The position numbers were made by a program, and so were the translations under genes. Below the pieces are notes generated by a model. That model was not told the origin of the DNA. It saw nothing but the letters and a program-made list of their open reading frames with translations, and did no database searches. This document shows positions 22,321 to 33,200 of a stretch of 64,000 bases of DNA, piece by piece (within the stretch, counting starts at the first letter, position 1; every line of letters starts with the position of its first letter). Origin of the DNA: Ranitomeya imitator (Eukaryota); the NCBI RefSeq assembly GCF_032444005.1, contig NC_091286.1, positions 1,178,001-1,242,000 of the forward strand. The letters run 5' to 3'.

Positions 22321-22820
22321 TGTAGAGACACTAGGGGTTCAGAGGGTGCTCTGTTCCCCTAGCCGAAACCACATTGACCAGGGATCATCCCACCGAACGC
22401 CCGCTCTCCTTTCCCTGTGGGCTTAACAACATAGGGTGAGGGTAAAACTGTGTGGCAATACTTTATTGAACCACAAAACAGGCAAATAACACATAGAACA
22501 GTCCCAGAAAAATACCCAAGATGGCGCATAATTACAGAGTCTCTCCCTTCCGCTGACTTGCCGGGATAGAGCAGCTGTTACTTTAGAGTTTCCATGGCCA
22601 GCTACCCCACCTGTGACAGGCACAGAGAGTAGGTAATGACAAGCTTAGGAAGAAGACAGTCCATTGAGGTACAAGGTCAGTTGACCGGAGGTTCACAATC
22701 TGGCTTCTCCAAACATCTCCATGGAGTCAAGTGACCGATGGGTCCAAATCCCGACAACCCCAAATGTATCCATGGTTCAGCGATGGTCAATGGAACAGAT
22801 CTGTATTCTTTCAGCAGGGG
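22321..22820 (-). mobile_element. LTR fragment (3' part), same family as 24387-25327, inverted
   Basis: Reverse-complement similarity to 24790-25327, including AATAAA and the GTGTCTCTACA terminus. Confidence 0.7.
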
Positions 22821-22851
22821 CCGTGTTTCCCTAAGCTGACATCCTGTAGAA

Positions 22852-23013
22852 CAGAGGTCCCCAACTCCAGTCCTCAAGGCCCACCAACAGGTCATGTTTT
22901 CAGGATTTCCTTTGCATTGCACAGGTGATGCAATTATTACCTGGGCAAGACTAAGGAAATCCTGAAAACATGACATGTTGGTGGGCCTTGAGGACTGGAG
23001 TTGGGGACCTCTG
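22852..23013. mobile_element. Palindromic hAT-type MITE, 162 bp
   Basis: Long TIR CAGAGGTCCCCAACTCCAGTCCTCAAGGCCCACCAACA...; 8-bp TSD CTGTAGAA (22844-22851 and 23014-23021). Confidence 0.92.
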
Positions 23014-23049
23014 CTGTAGAATGTAAAATCTGTCCCTCATGATGGAGCC

Positions 23050-24379
23050 ATAATATCTTAGTTGCTGTCTTGTAGAGAGTCTCCAGTTCTTTGGATCTCT
23101 GGAATTCTAGGCTGTCTGGAGGACTCTGTCTCACTGACTTACATAAACCATCAGGGGAGGACCAAATCCCAAGCTTTAATGGACACTTCCGCCAGAATCC
23201 TCAGCTTTGCGGAGGAAAACCCTCTATCCCTTTCTACACCACATTTTTTTTTTTTTTTTGGGGGGGGGGGGTGGGGGTGGGGTAGAAAATCAAAAGGCAG
23301 ATTTTCTGAGCAGCACTCAGCTAAGACAAGGGGATTGGGTTTTAAATCAGTCCATTTTCGATCAGATTGTGAAGATGTGGGGAACCCCAGAGATAGATTT
23401 ATTTGCCGATTTCAACAACAAAACAGTAGAGGCATTTTGCTCCCTGAACCCCAAGGGGAATCCTTGAGCCCTAGATGCCTTCATGCTTTCATGGACTCAC
23501 AGCTTAACATATGCCTTTCCTCCGTTCATCCTTAATCCAGCAGTTATACGGAAAGTCAGGGAAGACAAGTATGATACATATAGCCCCTTTCTGGCCAAGA
23601 AGAACTTGGTTCTTCTGGCTGAGGATGCTATTGATGTCCGACCCCTGGATTCTACCGGACGTTTTGGACCTTCTGTCTCAAGGCCCGGTGTTACATCCGC
23701 AGGCGGCGAACCTTCATTTAACAGCATGGATTTTGAAGGGGCGCTGCTGAGAGGTAGGGGTTTTTCGGAGAACTTAGTTTCTACTCTATTAAAAGGTAGA
23801 AAAACCAGTGACTCATTCCACAAGGGCCATGGCGACCTCATGGGTGAAGAGGTCTGAGGTATCGATAGAACAAATCTGTAAAGCGGCCACTTGGTCATCA
23901 CCTTCAACCTTTTTTAAACACTATCGCCTAGATCTAACCTCCGCGTCTGACTTAACCTGCAGAAGAAGGGTTCTTCAGGCTGTGGACCCTCCCTAAACTA
24001 CAAAATGTCTGTAATTCTCTCCGTGGTGCTGACATGGGAGACTGAGAAAAGCATAGTTACTTACCGATAACTGTGATTCTCAGAGTCCATGACAGCACCA
24101 GTTTAATCCCTCCCATCACGTGGTGAGCACGTTTTACTGTTCGTAGCGTGTTTTTGTATAGGCACCGTGTTTTCTTCTGATAAACAGTATTATAATGTGT
24201 ATATATTTCTGTTGTTGTTAATAACCTGGAGGACCTCCGATGCTCTGTAAACCAACTGATGCGGGAAGAGGTATCGCCCTTTTAATCTGCAGGTTCCCTG
24301 TCCCTGAAGGGTGGATCCCCTCTCTGTGGTGCTGTCATGGGCTCTGAGAAACACCGTTATCGGTAAGTAACTATGTTTT
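23050..24379 (+). mobile_element. DIRS1 retrotransposon 3' fragment (decayed RNase H, methyltransferase and YR; ICR; right ITR)
   Basis: YINHQG, EIDLFA, YAFPP, HSTRAMATSW, ATWSSPSTFFKHYRLD. ICR at about 24010-24100 and ITR at about 24255-24375. Confidence 0.88.
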
Positions 24380-24386
24380 TTGTTTG

Positions 24387-25327
24387 TGTAAGCTTGGAAT
24401 ATTGACTTGAAAGCTGATATTTGATATAACATAGTGTGCTCTTATCCTTAATGAATAGTGAGGTCTACTGATATGCTAACTATAAATTGTTTAGCCCAGA
24501 TAGTTTGTTGATTTTGAAAACAGTAGGAAAATCTATGCAAATTACATAATCAAACAAGGCAACTTGGTCATCACCATTCTTCCCCTTATCTGTGAGGGTG
24601 GACTGAAGGACACTGGGTAAATCTAAACATTGTCTCTGAGTCTCTTTATAGAGAGGCATATAAACAGAGAGCGACACAGCCGGATACTCTGCAAAACACC
24701 CAACAGAAGAGAGACAGGACTGTAGCTAATTCATCATGGCACCATCACGAGGGACATGGATCTATCATTCTACAAGAAACAACCTAGGGGTTTTTGGCTA
24801 AAGTTGGAAGGATACAGATTTGTTCCATTGACCATTGCTGAACCATGGATACATTTAGAGAAAACCAGGATTGGGACCCACTGGTCGCCTGGCTCCAAGG
24901 ATATGTTTGGATAAGGCAGGTCACCATCACCACTCTCATGTCAACTGACTTTGGACCTGGTATGGACTCAATGGACTGTCATCTTCCTACGCTTGTCGTT
25001 ACCACCTCTGTGTGTACCAGGTGGGGTAGCCGACCCTGGAAGCTCTGACGTAACATCTGCCCTTATCCTGGCGGGTCAGCAGAAGATTGAGACTCTAATG
25101 TGCACCATCTTGGGGAATTTTGCTTTGACTGTTCTAAGTATTATCTGCCAGTTTTGTGGTTCAATAAAGCATTTTCACACTGTTTAACCCTCACCCTGTG
25201 TTGTCTGAGTTGTGTTATACCCATGTTAATGGGAGAGAGGGCGTTAGGCAGCACGATCCCTGGTCCATGTGGTTCCGGCTAGTGGACATGGGCGACCGCC
25301 AACATCCCCCTCACCAGTGTCTCCACA
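24387..25327 (+). mobile_element. Probable solo LTR (about 940 bp)
   Basis: TGTA...CA ends, TATAAA at about 24659, AATAAA at about 25162. The left boundary is inferred and no TSD was found. Confidence 0.6.
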
Positions 25328-25334
25328 ATGAGTG

Positions 25335-26360
25335 ATTGCACGCTGCCTTGGGGTCATCCTTGATTCCGAGCTTTCATTCACCCCCCACATCTGATCACTG
25401 GCTCGCTCTTCTTATCTGCATCTCAAAAACATTTCTAGAATTCGCCCTTTTCTTACTTTCGACTCTGCAAAAACTTTAACGGTTTCTCTTATTCATTCTC
25501 GTCTGGACTATTGTAACTCTCTACTAATCAGCCTCCCTCTTACCAAACTCTCCAATCTGTCCTGAATGCTGCAGCCAGGATCATATTCCTCACCAATCGT
25601 TATACCAATGAGTCTATCTTGTGCCAGTCATTACACTGGTTACCCATGCACTACAGAATCCAGTACAAACTTATTACCCTCATCCACAAAGCACTCCATG
25701 ACTCAGCACCACCCTACATCTCCTCTCTGGTCTCAGTCTACCACCCTACCTGTGCCCTCCGCTCCGCTAATGACCTGAGGTTAGCATCGTCAATAATCAG
25801 AACCTCCCACTCCCGACTCCAAGACTTTTCCCGTGCTGCGCCAATTCTCTGGAATGCACTACCCAGGTTAATACGATTAATCCCCAATCCCCACAGTTTT
25901 AACTGTGCCCTAAAAGCACATTTGTTCAGACTGGCCTACCACATCAACAGATTAACCCAACTATCCCTGTGTGGCCGATCCAAAAAACTTAAACCATAAT
26001 CAGGTTCCTCGCATCATGTTCTCATACACTTTATGCAGTTATTAGCCCTCTGTGTCTGTACTGCTACATAGTTAGGCTGATAACTGGTTCATGCAGCTTT
26101 ACATGAACACCTGAGCCTTACACTATGGCCGGTCCGAATAACTAAAGCAATTGTTACCATCCACCTCTCGTGTCTCCCCTTTTTCCTATAGATTGTAGCT
26201 TGCGAGCAGCAGGACCCTCACTCCTCTTGGTATCTGTTTTGATTTGTGTTTATTGTTAAGCTGTAATGTCTATTGTCTGTACAAGTCTCCTCTATAATGT
26301 AAAGTGCTGCGGAATATGTTGTCACTATATAAATAAAATTATTATTATTATTATTATTAT
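25335..26360 (+). mobile_element. 5'-truncated L2 LINE
   Basis: RCLGVILDSELSF, SRLDYCNSLL, LHWLP..RIQYK, FSRAAPILWNALP, 3' UTR, AATAAA and an (ATT)n tail. Confidence 0.92.
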
Positions 26361-26479
26361 AATTCTGGTTGAGGGCTACCTGATGACCCTCACAATCTTA
26401 GGGGCCAGCTGACGTTCATTGGGGGAGCCATTGTGTAATTTTAGGGTGCCAACCTCTGTGGTCAGGCAGGGACAAATCA

Positions 26480-27800
26480 GGTTTAGGGAATTCTTAGCCT
26501 GTTTAGGGTCCTTTGGTTATATCCATCCTGGTTTGCCCATCCTTGTGTGCATAAGAAACGTAGCATTCCTGTGCACAAGCACTTGTCCACATGTCGGTTC
26601 TTATGTGAACATTCACAGTAACTGCTTTGGTCAGGGCATAGGTGTTATGAGATGTGCTGGCGTAAAGCAGGGATGGAACACGGCAAAAATAGTGGCGTAT
26701 GGGGATCGAATTCCAAGGTACATATGCCGTCATGAGCTTGCGGAAACCCAAAGTGTCCACAAGCCTAAACGACCAGATTTCCAGAACAAGCTGTTTGTAA
26801 ATGTGCCCATTTGGGCCTGTGGTTTGGTAGGTGTCTGGATATTTTCTTTGTGCTTCAAGGCCTGGGGTAGGGACAACTGAACGCTGGGATGGCACCAAAA
26901 AATCAGACACGGTAGCTGATGGTGCTTGCTAATGTGCAATAAGAGGTACCGGGTGGGATGAATCCATGGCTGCGTCCTGGAGAAGGGATTGGCAAGCACG
27001 TAGCACCCTGTGTACTTTCATCCTCCATCTCCACCTTGTCCTCATGCAAACTTTCATTTTTAATTGTGAGCAGAAAGCGTTTGAGTAGACACAGAAGTAA
27101 GATGGTTACGCTGACTAAGGTGACATCGCTGCTCACCATCTTGGTTTATTCCTCAAAGCTTTTTGTGAGACATCCATGCCCGCTCGTGGGTTATGTGCAG
27201 AGGCTGACCAGAATACAGATGGACATGTTCTAGATGGTATTCAACTACTGTTCTCTGCTGCTCACAAAGCCTTGCAAAGCACATGTATAATGTGGAGTTC
27301 CAGAGCGTGGTAGGACAAGGAAATGGACGTGGTATCTGTTAGTGCTTGCGAATGTGCAACGACAACTGCAGGGCAGGACACATCCAACCCTTGCGCCCTG
27401 GACAGGGGATTGGCAAGCACCCTGTGTACTTTTTTCCTTCATCTCTGCCTCGTCCACATGTAAATGTTCCTCTGTTATATTGAGCAGCGAGAATTTGAGT
27501 AGACACAGAAGTGGAATGCTTACACTGATTATGGCGACATCGGCGCTCAACACTTTGGCTGATTCCTCACAGATGTCATATATCCATGGGCATTCATCAC
27601 TTGTGTGCGGATGCTGAGTGCAATACAACTACTACCCTCTGCTGCTCACAAAGTCTTGCCAAGTACACATCTAATGTTGAGTTCCAGCGCATGGGCAGGA
27701 CTCACACCAGTCGACACTTGCATGCGCTGCTGCAGTACCGCCAGACAAGCGACAGCTGTAGCCGACTTGTGGAAATGAGCGCAACAGTTGGCCGCTTTCT
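26480..27800 (-). pseudogene. Highly decayed hAT (Ac/ZBED-like) transposase fragments
   Basis: FRLVDTLGFRKLM..VP..SIP.RHYF, TDMWTS, RWNST...RLCEQQR, and IISVSIPLLCLLK, which is present twice. Confidence 0.75.
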
Positions 27801-28199
27801 CCCTCAGGATACCCCACTGCCCCTGGTTGTCCTCTAAAAATTGAGAGAGGGACGCATGATGACTCTGTGGATATGGTGAAGGAGAAGGACTAAAGAAAAA
27901 CAAAACATGAATCGTGCACCATTTTTTAGGTGGGAAGGGGAGCATGGGATAGGAATACACCAGCAGAGAAAGGAACACTTATAACTTGAGTAAGGAAATT
28001 GTGGTTGTTCAGGGGAATTGTTAGGTGCCTTCTCTCTCTAGCCACCCACTGCCTCTGATGGCCCTATAAAAATGATGAAGGATGGCGCCACAGCTACATA
28101 GGCAACTACCAAACACACTGGAAGAGCCATTCCGCTTTTTAAGAGTTGGATGGACGGCATAAACTCTAACAAATAGGGTCTCATAGCTGCACCCCAACA

Positions 28200-30976
28200 G
28201 ATAATAAATGGAAAATGTTTAAGAACATCCTAAATAGGCAGTGTAAGCGGTTTATACCTTGTGGGAATAAAAGGACTAGAAATAGGAAAAACCCAATGTG
28301 GCTAAACAAAGAAGTAAGACAGGCAATTAACAGTAAAAAGAAAGCATTTGCACTACTAAAGCAGGATGGCACCATTGAAGCTCTAAAAAACTATAGGGAG
28401 AAAAATACTTTATCTAAAAAACTAATTAAAGCTGCCAAAAAGGAAACAGAGAAGCACATTGCTAAGGAGAGTAAAACTAATCCCAAACTGTTCTTCAACT
28501 ATATCAATAGTAAAAGAATAAAAACTGAAAATGTAGGCCCCTTAAAAAATAGTGAGGAAAGAATGGTTGTAGATGACGAGGAAAAAGCTAACATATTAAA
28601 CACCTTCTTCTTCACGGTATTCACGGTGGAAAATGAAATGCTAGGTGAAATCCCAAGAAACAATGAAAACCCTATATTAAGGGTCACCAATCTAACCCAA
28701 GAAGAGGTGCGAAACCGGCTAAATAAGATTAAAATAGACAAATCTCCGGGTCCGGATGGCATACACCCACGAGTACTAAGAGAACTAAGTAATGTAATAG
28801 ATAAACCATTATTTCTTATTTTTAGTGACTCTATAGCGACAGGGTCTGTTCCGCAGGACTGGCGCATAGCAAATGTGGTGCCAATATTTAAAAAGGGCTC
28901 TAAAAGTAAACCTGGAAATTATAGGCCAGTAAGTCTAACCTGTTGTGAATTCCGCTCTTGGGCTCCCTCCGGTGGTTGTAAGTGGCACTTTTGTGAGTTC
29001 TGCTCTTGAGCTCCCTCTTGTGGTTTCTAGTGGTATGGCTGCTCCTTGGAGTTAGCTGTCATCAGCTGCCTCCACTTATCTTCTCTTCTGCTCGGCTATT
29101 TAGGTCTGGCTGTTCCTTCAGCTAGTGCCACTTGTAAATGGTTTCTGGTTGGATTCACATCTCTTTGGATTTCCCTGTTTTCCTGACCAGTTCAGCAAAG
29201 CTAAGTTCTTACTTGCTCTGTTCTGTTCACAGATTGTGGACTTATCCGTTCAGTGCTTTCTATGTTTATCCAGCTTATCACTATGAATTAATTCTGCCTT
29301 GTTGGAAGCTCTGGGAAGCAGATTTACCCTCCACACCTTTAGTCAGGTGTGGAGATTTTTAGTAAACTCTGCGTGGATTTTTGTAGTGTTTTATACTGAC
29401 CGCACAGTATTCCATCCTGTCCTATCTATCAAGCTAGACTGGCCTCCTGTGCTCATCCTGGTTTAATTCTGTGTATGTCTTTTTCCCTCTCCACTCACAG
29501 TCATTATTTGTGGGGGGCTAATCTATCCTTTGGGGATTTTCTCTGAGGCAAGATAGTTTTCCTGCTTCTGTCTTTAGGGGTAGTTAGCTCTTAGGCTGTG
29601 ACGAGATGCATAGGGAGAGTTAGGAGCATCCCACGGCTGCTTCTAGTGTTGTGTTGTGCTTAGGGTCTGCGGTCAGTACAGTTACCGCTTCCCTCAGAGC
29701 TCGTTCCATGTTGCTCCTAGACCACCGCATCATAACACTAACCTCTATTGTTGGTAAAATATTTGAAGGGTTTCTGAAGGACGTTATTCTGGATTATCTC
29801 AATGAGAATAACTGTTTAACTCCATATCAGCATGGGTTTATGAGAAATCGCTCCTGTCAAACCAATCTAATCAGTTTTTGTGAAGAGGTAAGCTATAGGC
29901 TGGACCACGGTGAGTCATTGGACGTGGTATATCTCGATTTTTCCAAAGCGTATGATACCGTGCCGCACAAGAGGTTGGTACACAAAATGAGACTGCTTGG
30001 TCTGGGGGAAAATGTGTGTAAATGGGTTAGTAACTGGCTTAGTGATAGAAAGCAGAGGGTGGTTATAAATGGTATAGTCTCTAACTGGGTCGCTGTGACC
30101 AGTGGGGACCGCAGGGGTCGGTATTGGGACCTGTTCTCTTCAACATATTCATTAATGATCTGGTAGAAGGTTTACACAGTAAAATATCGATATTTGCAGA
30201 TGATACAAAACTATGTAAAGCAGTTAATACAAGAGAAGATAGTATACTGCTACAGGGAGAAGGACTTGGGGATCCTAGTTAATGATAAACTTACCTGGAG
30301 CAGCCAGTGCCAGGCAGCAGCTGCCAAGGCAAACAGGATCATGGGGTGCATTAAAAGAGGTCTGGATACACATGATGAGAGCATTATACTGCCTCTGTAC
30401 AAATCCCTAGTTAGACCGCACATGGAGTACTGTGTCCAGTTTTGGGCACCGGTGCTCAGGAAGGATATAATGGAACTAGAGAGAGTACAAAGGAGGGCAA
30501 CAAAATTAATAAAGGGGATGGGAGAACTACAATACCCAGATAGATTAGCGAAATTAGGATTATTTAGTCTAGAAAAAAGACGACTGAGGGGCGATCTAAT
30601 AACCATGTATAAGTATATAAGGGGACAATACAAATATCTCCCTGAGGATCTGTTTATACCAAAGAAGGTGATGGGCACAAGGGGGCATTCTTTGCGTCTG
30701 GAGGAGAGAAGGTTTTTCCACCAACATAGAAGAGGATTCTTTACGGTTAGGGCAGTGAGAATCTGGAATTGCTTGCCTGAGGAGGTGGTGATGGCGAACA
30801 CAGTCGAGGGGTTCAAGAGAGGCCTGGATGTCTTCCTGGAGCAGAACAATATTGTATCATACAATTATTAGGTTCTGTAGAAGGACGTAGATCTGGGGAT
30901 TTATTATGATGGAATATAGGCTGAACTGGATGGACAAATGTCTTTTTTCGGCCTTACTAACTATGTTACTATGTTA
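28200..30976 (+). mobile_element. 5'-truncated CR1 LINE interrupted by a solo LTR
   Basis: ORF2 motifs KSPGPDGIHPRVL, NYRPVSLT|[40 protein letters not shown]-like; 3' tail (CTATGTTA)2. Confidence 0.95.
28941..29737 (+). mobile_element. Gypsy solo LTR, 797 bp, related to the LTR at 3371-5804
   Basis: TGTTGTG...CATAACA ends. CTAACC is duplicated at 28935-28940 and 29738-29743, and the CR1 reading frame is continuous across the insertion. Confidence 0.95.
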
Positions 30977-31148
30977 GTTTGAGCACCACTCTTAGAAGAG
31001 CCAATACCCTGAGACCACAGGGGGTGCGCAGCCCCTCACTTTGTCCCTCAGGATGATGACTCTGGAGCTGTTTTTGTGGTTGGATGCAGATCTTGACAGC
31101 TGTTCTATTAGATAGATAAGAATTAATTATGTATGTATGCTTTATTAA

Positions 31149-31459
31149 AGGGAACCTGTCACCAGAAATTTTGCTGTTAACCTGCAGATATGCAGGTAAT
31201 CTGCAGATTCACAGCCTCATGATGCTGTCTGGCGCCTGCACGTAGCCAAAGGCAGCAGGGAGAAAATGAATTCTCCTCGGCAGCATTCGGCTTCAGTCAT
31301 GGGGTTGGAGGCACCGTGGGTTTAGTCACCGCTCTGAGAATACAAAGTGGCGGCTTTAACCACACCCCGGCCCTGACTGACAGCCAGCAGCAAGGCAGGG
31401 ACAGTGTCCGTCAGGGTCGGGGCACAGGTTATAGCGCTATTTCTGGGGACAGGTTCACT
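31149..31459. mobile_element. T2-type (Kolobok) MITE, 311 bp
   Basis: TTAA|AGGGAACCTGTCACC ... GGGGACAGGTTCACT|TTAA. Confidence 0.88.
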
Positions 31460-31594
31460 TTAAAGATGGAGTGAATGCTTAGCCTAAGGGGTAAAGGAGA
31501 TGGTGCATTATTATTATTTTCACTTTTTTATTGCCTTATATACAAGTCACTAGATTGTGGTCCGATTCTAACACATCAGGTATTCTACAATATG

Positions 31595-32762
31595 TATGTA
31601 TGTATATAGCAGCCACATAGTATATAGCACAGGCCACGTAGTATATAGGAATACTACGTGGCCTGTGGTATATACCATGTGACTGCTATATACATACATA
31701 CATATTGTAGAATACCCGATGTGTTAATATAGGCCACGCAGTAAATAACACAGCCCACACAGTATATAGCAGCCACGCAGTATATAGCAGCCACGTAGTA
31801 TATAACACAGCCCACGTAGTATGTAACACTGGCCACGTAATATATAACACAGCCCACGTAATATATAGCACAGCCCACATAGTATCTAACAGTGGCCACG
31901 TAGTATATAGCAAGCAATATAGAACACTGCCACGTAGTATATAACACTACCCACGTAGTACATAGCAGCCATGTAGTATATAACGCAGCCCACGCAGTAT
32001 ATAACACTGGCCACGTAATATATAACACAGCCCACACAGTATAGAACACAGCCCACGTAGTATATAACACAGCCCACGCAGTATAGAACACTACCCACGT
32101 AGTATATAACACAGCCCACACAGTATATAGCAGCCACGTAGTATATAACACTGCCCAGACAGTATATAGCAGCCACGTAGTATATAACACAGCCCATGCA
32201 GTATATAGCAGCCACGTAGTATATAACACAGCCCATGCAGTATATAGCAGCCACGTAGTATATAACACTGCCCACGCAGTATATAGCAGCCACGTAGTAT
32301 ATAACACTGCCCAGACAGTATATAGCAGCCACGTAGTATATAACACAGCCCATGCAGTACATAGCAGCCACGTAGTGTATAACACAGCCCACGCAGTATA
32401 TAGCAGCCACGTAGTATATAACACTGCCCACGCAGTATATAGCAGCCACGTAGTATATAACACTGCCCAGACAGTATATAGCAGCCACATAGTATATAAC
32501 ACTGCCCATGCAGTACATAGCAGCCACGTAGTATATAACACAGCCCACGCAGTATATAGCAGCCACGTAGTATATAACACAGCCCACGCAGTATAGAACA
32601 CAGCCCACGTAGTATATAACACAGCCCACATAGTATATAGCAGCCACGTAGTATATAACACTGCCTAGACAGTATATAGCAGCCACGTAGTACATAACAC
32701 AGCCCACGGAGTATGTCACACAGCCCACGTAGTATATAACACAGCCCACATAGTATACAGCA
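31595..32762. repeat. AT-rich 19-22 bp minisatellite inside the Helitron
   Basis: Alternating CAGCCACGTAGTATATA(A/G)CA and CACAGCCCACGCAGTATATAG units. Confidence 0.9.
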
Positions 32763-33200
32763 GTGTGTGCACCATATCCTTGTTTAAAAAATAATTAAAA
32801 TAAAAAACAGTTATACACTCACCAGGCGGAATCCAGCATAGATCCAGCGAACCTCTGGTGATGCACACGGTTGCCGCCATCTTGCGTTCCCAGGATGCAT
32901 TGCGAAATTACTCAGACCGCTTAGCGGTCTCGCGAGACCGCTAAGTCTTCTGGGTAATTTCGCAATGCATTTCTGGGACCGGAAGCTGGCGGGAGCACAT
33001 GGTCGGACTACAGAAGGTGATAATAGCAGGTTTTTTATTTTTTTTAATTATTTTTAACATTAGATCTTTTTACTATTGATGCCGCATAGGCCGCATCAAT
33101 AGTAAAAAGTTGGGGACACACAGGGTTAATAGCGACGGTAACGGAGTGAGTTACCCGCGGCGTAATGCGGTCCGTTACCGCTGGCATTAACCCTGTGTGA

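Noticed and set aside
24480-24677. Minus-strand ORF as the next otog exon
   Set aside because: No resemblance to the expected Cys-rich C8 domain, and it lies inside a probable LTR.
26380-26410. CTGATGA as a hammerhead core
   Set aside because: No properly placed stem II, GAAA or cleavage triplet.
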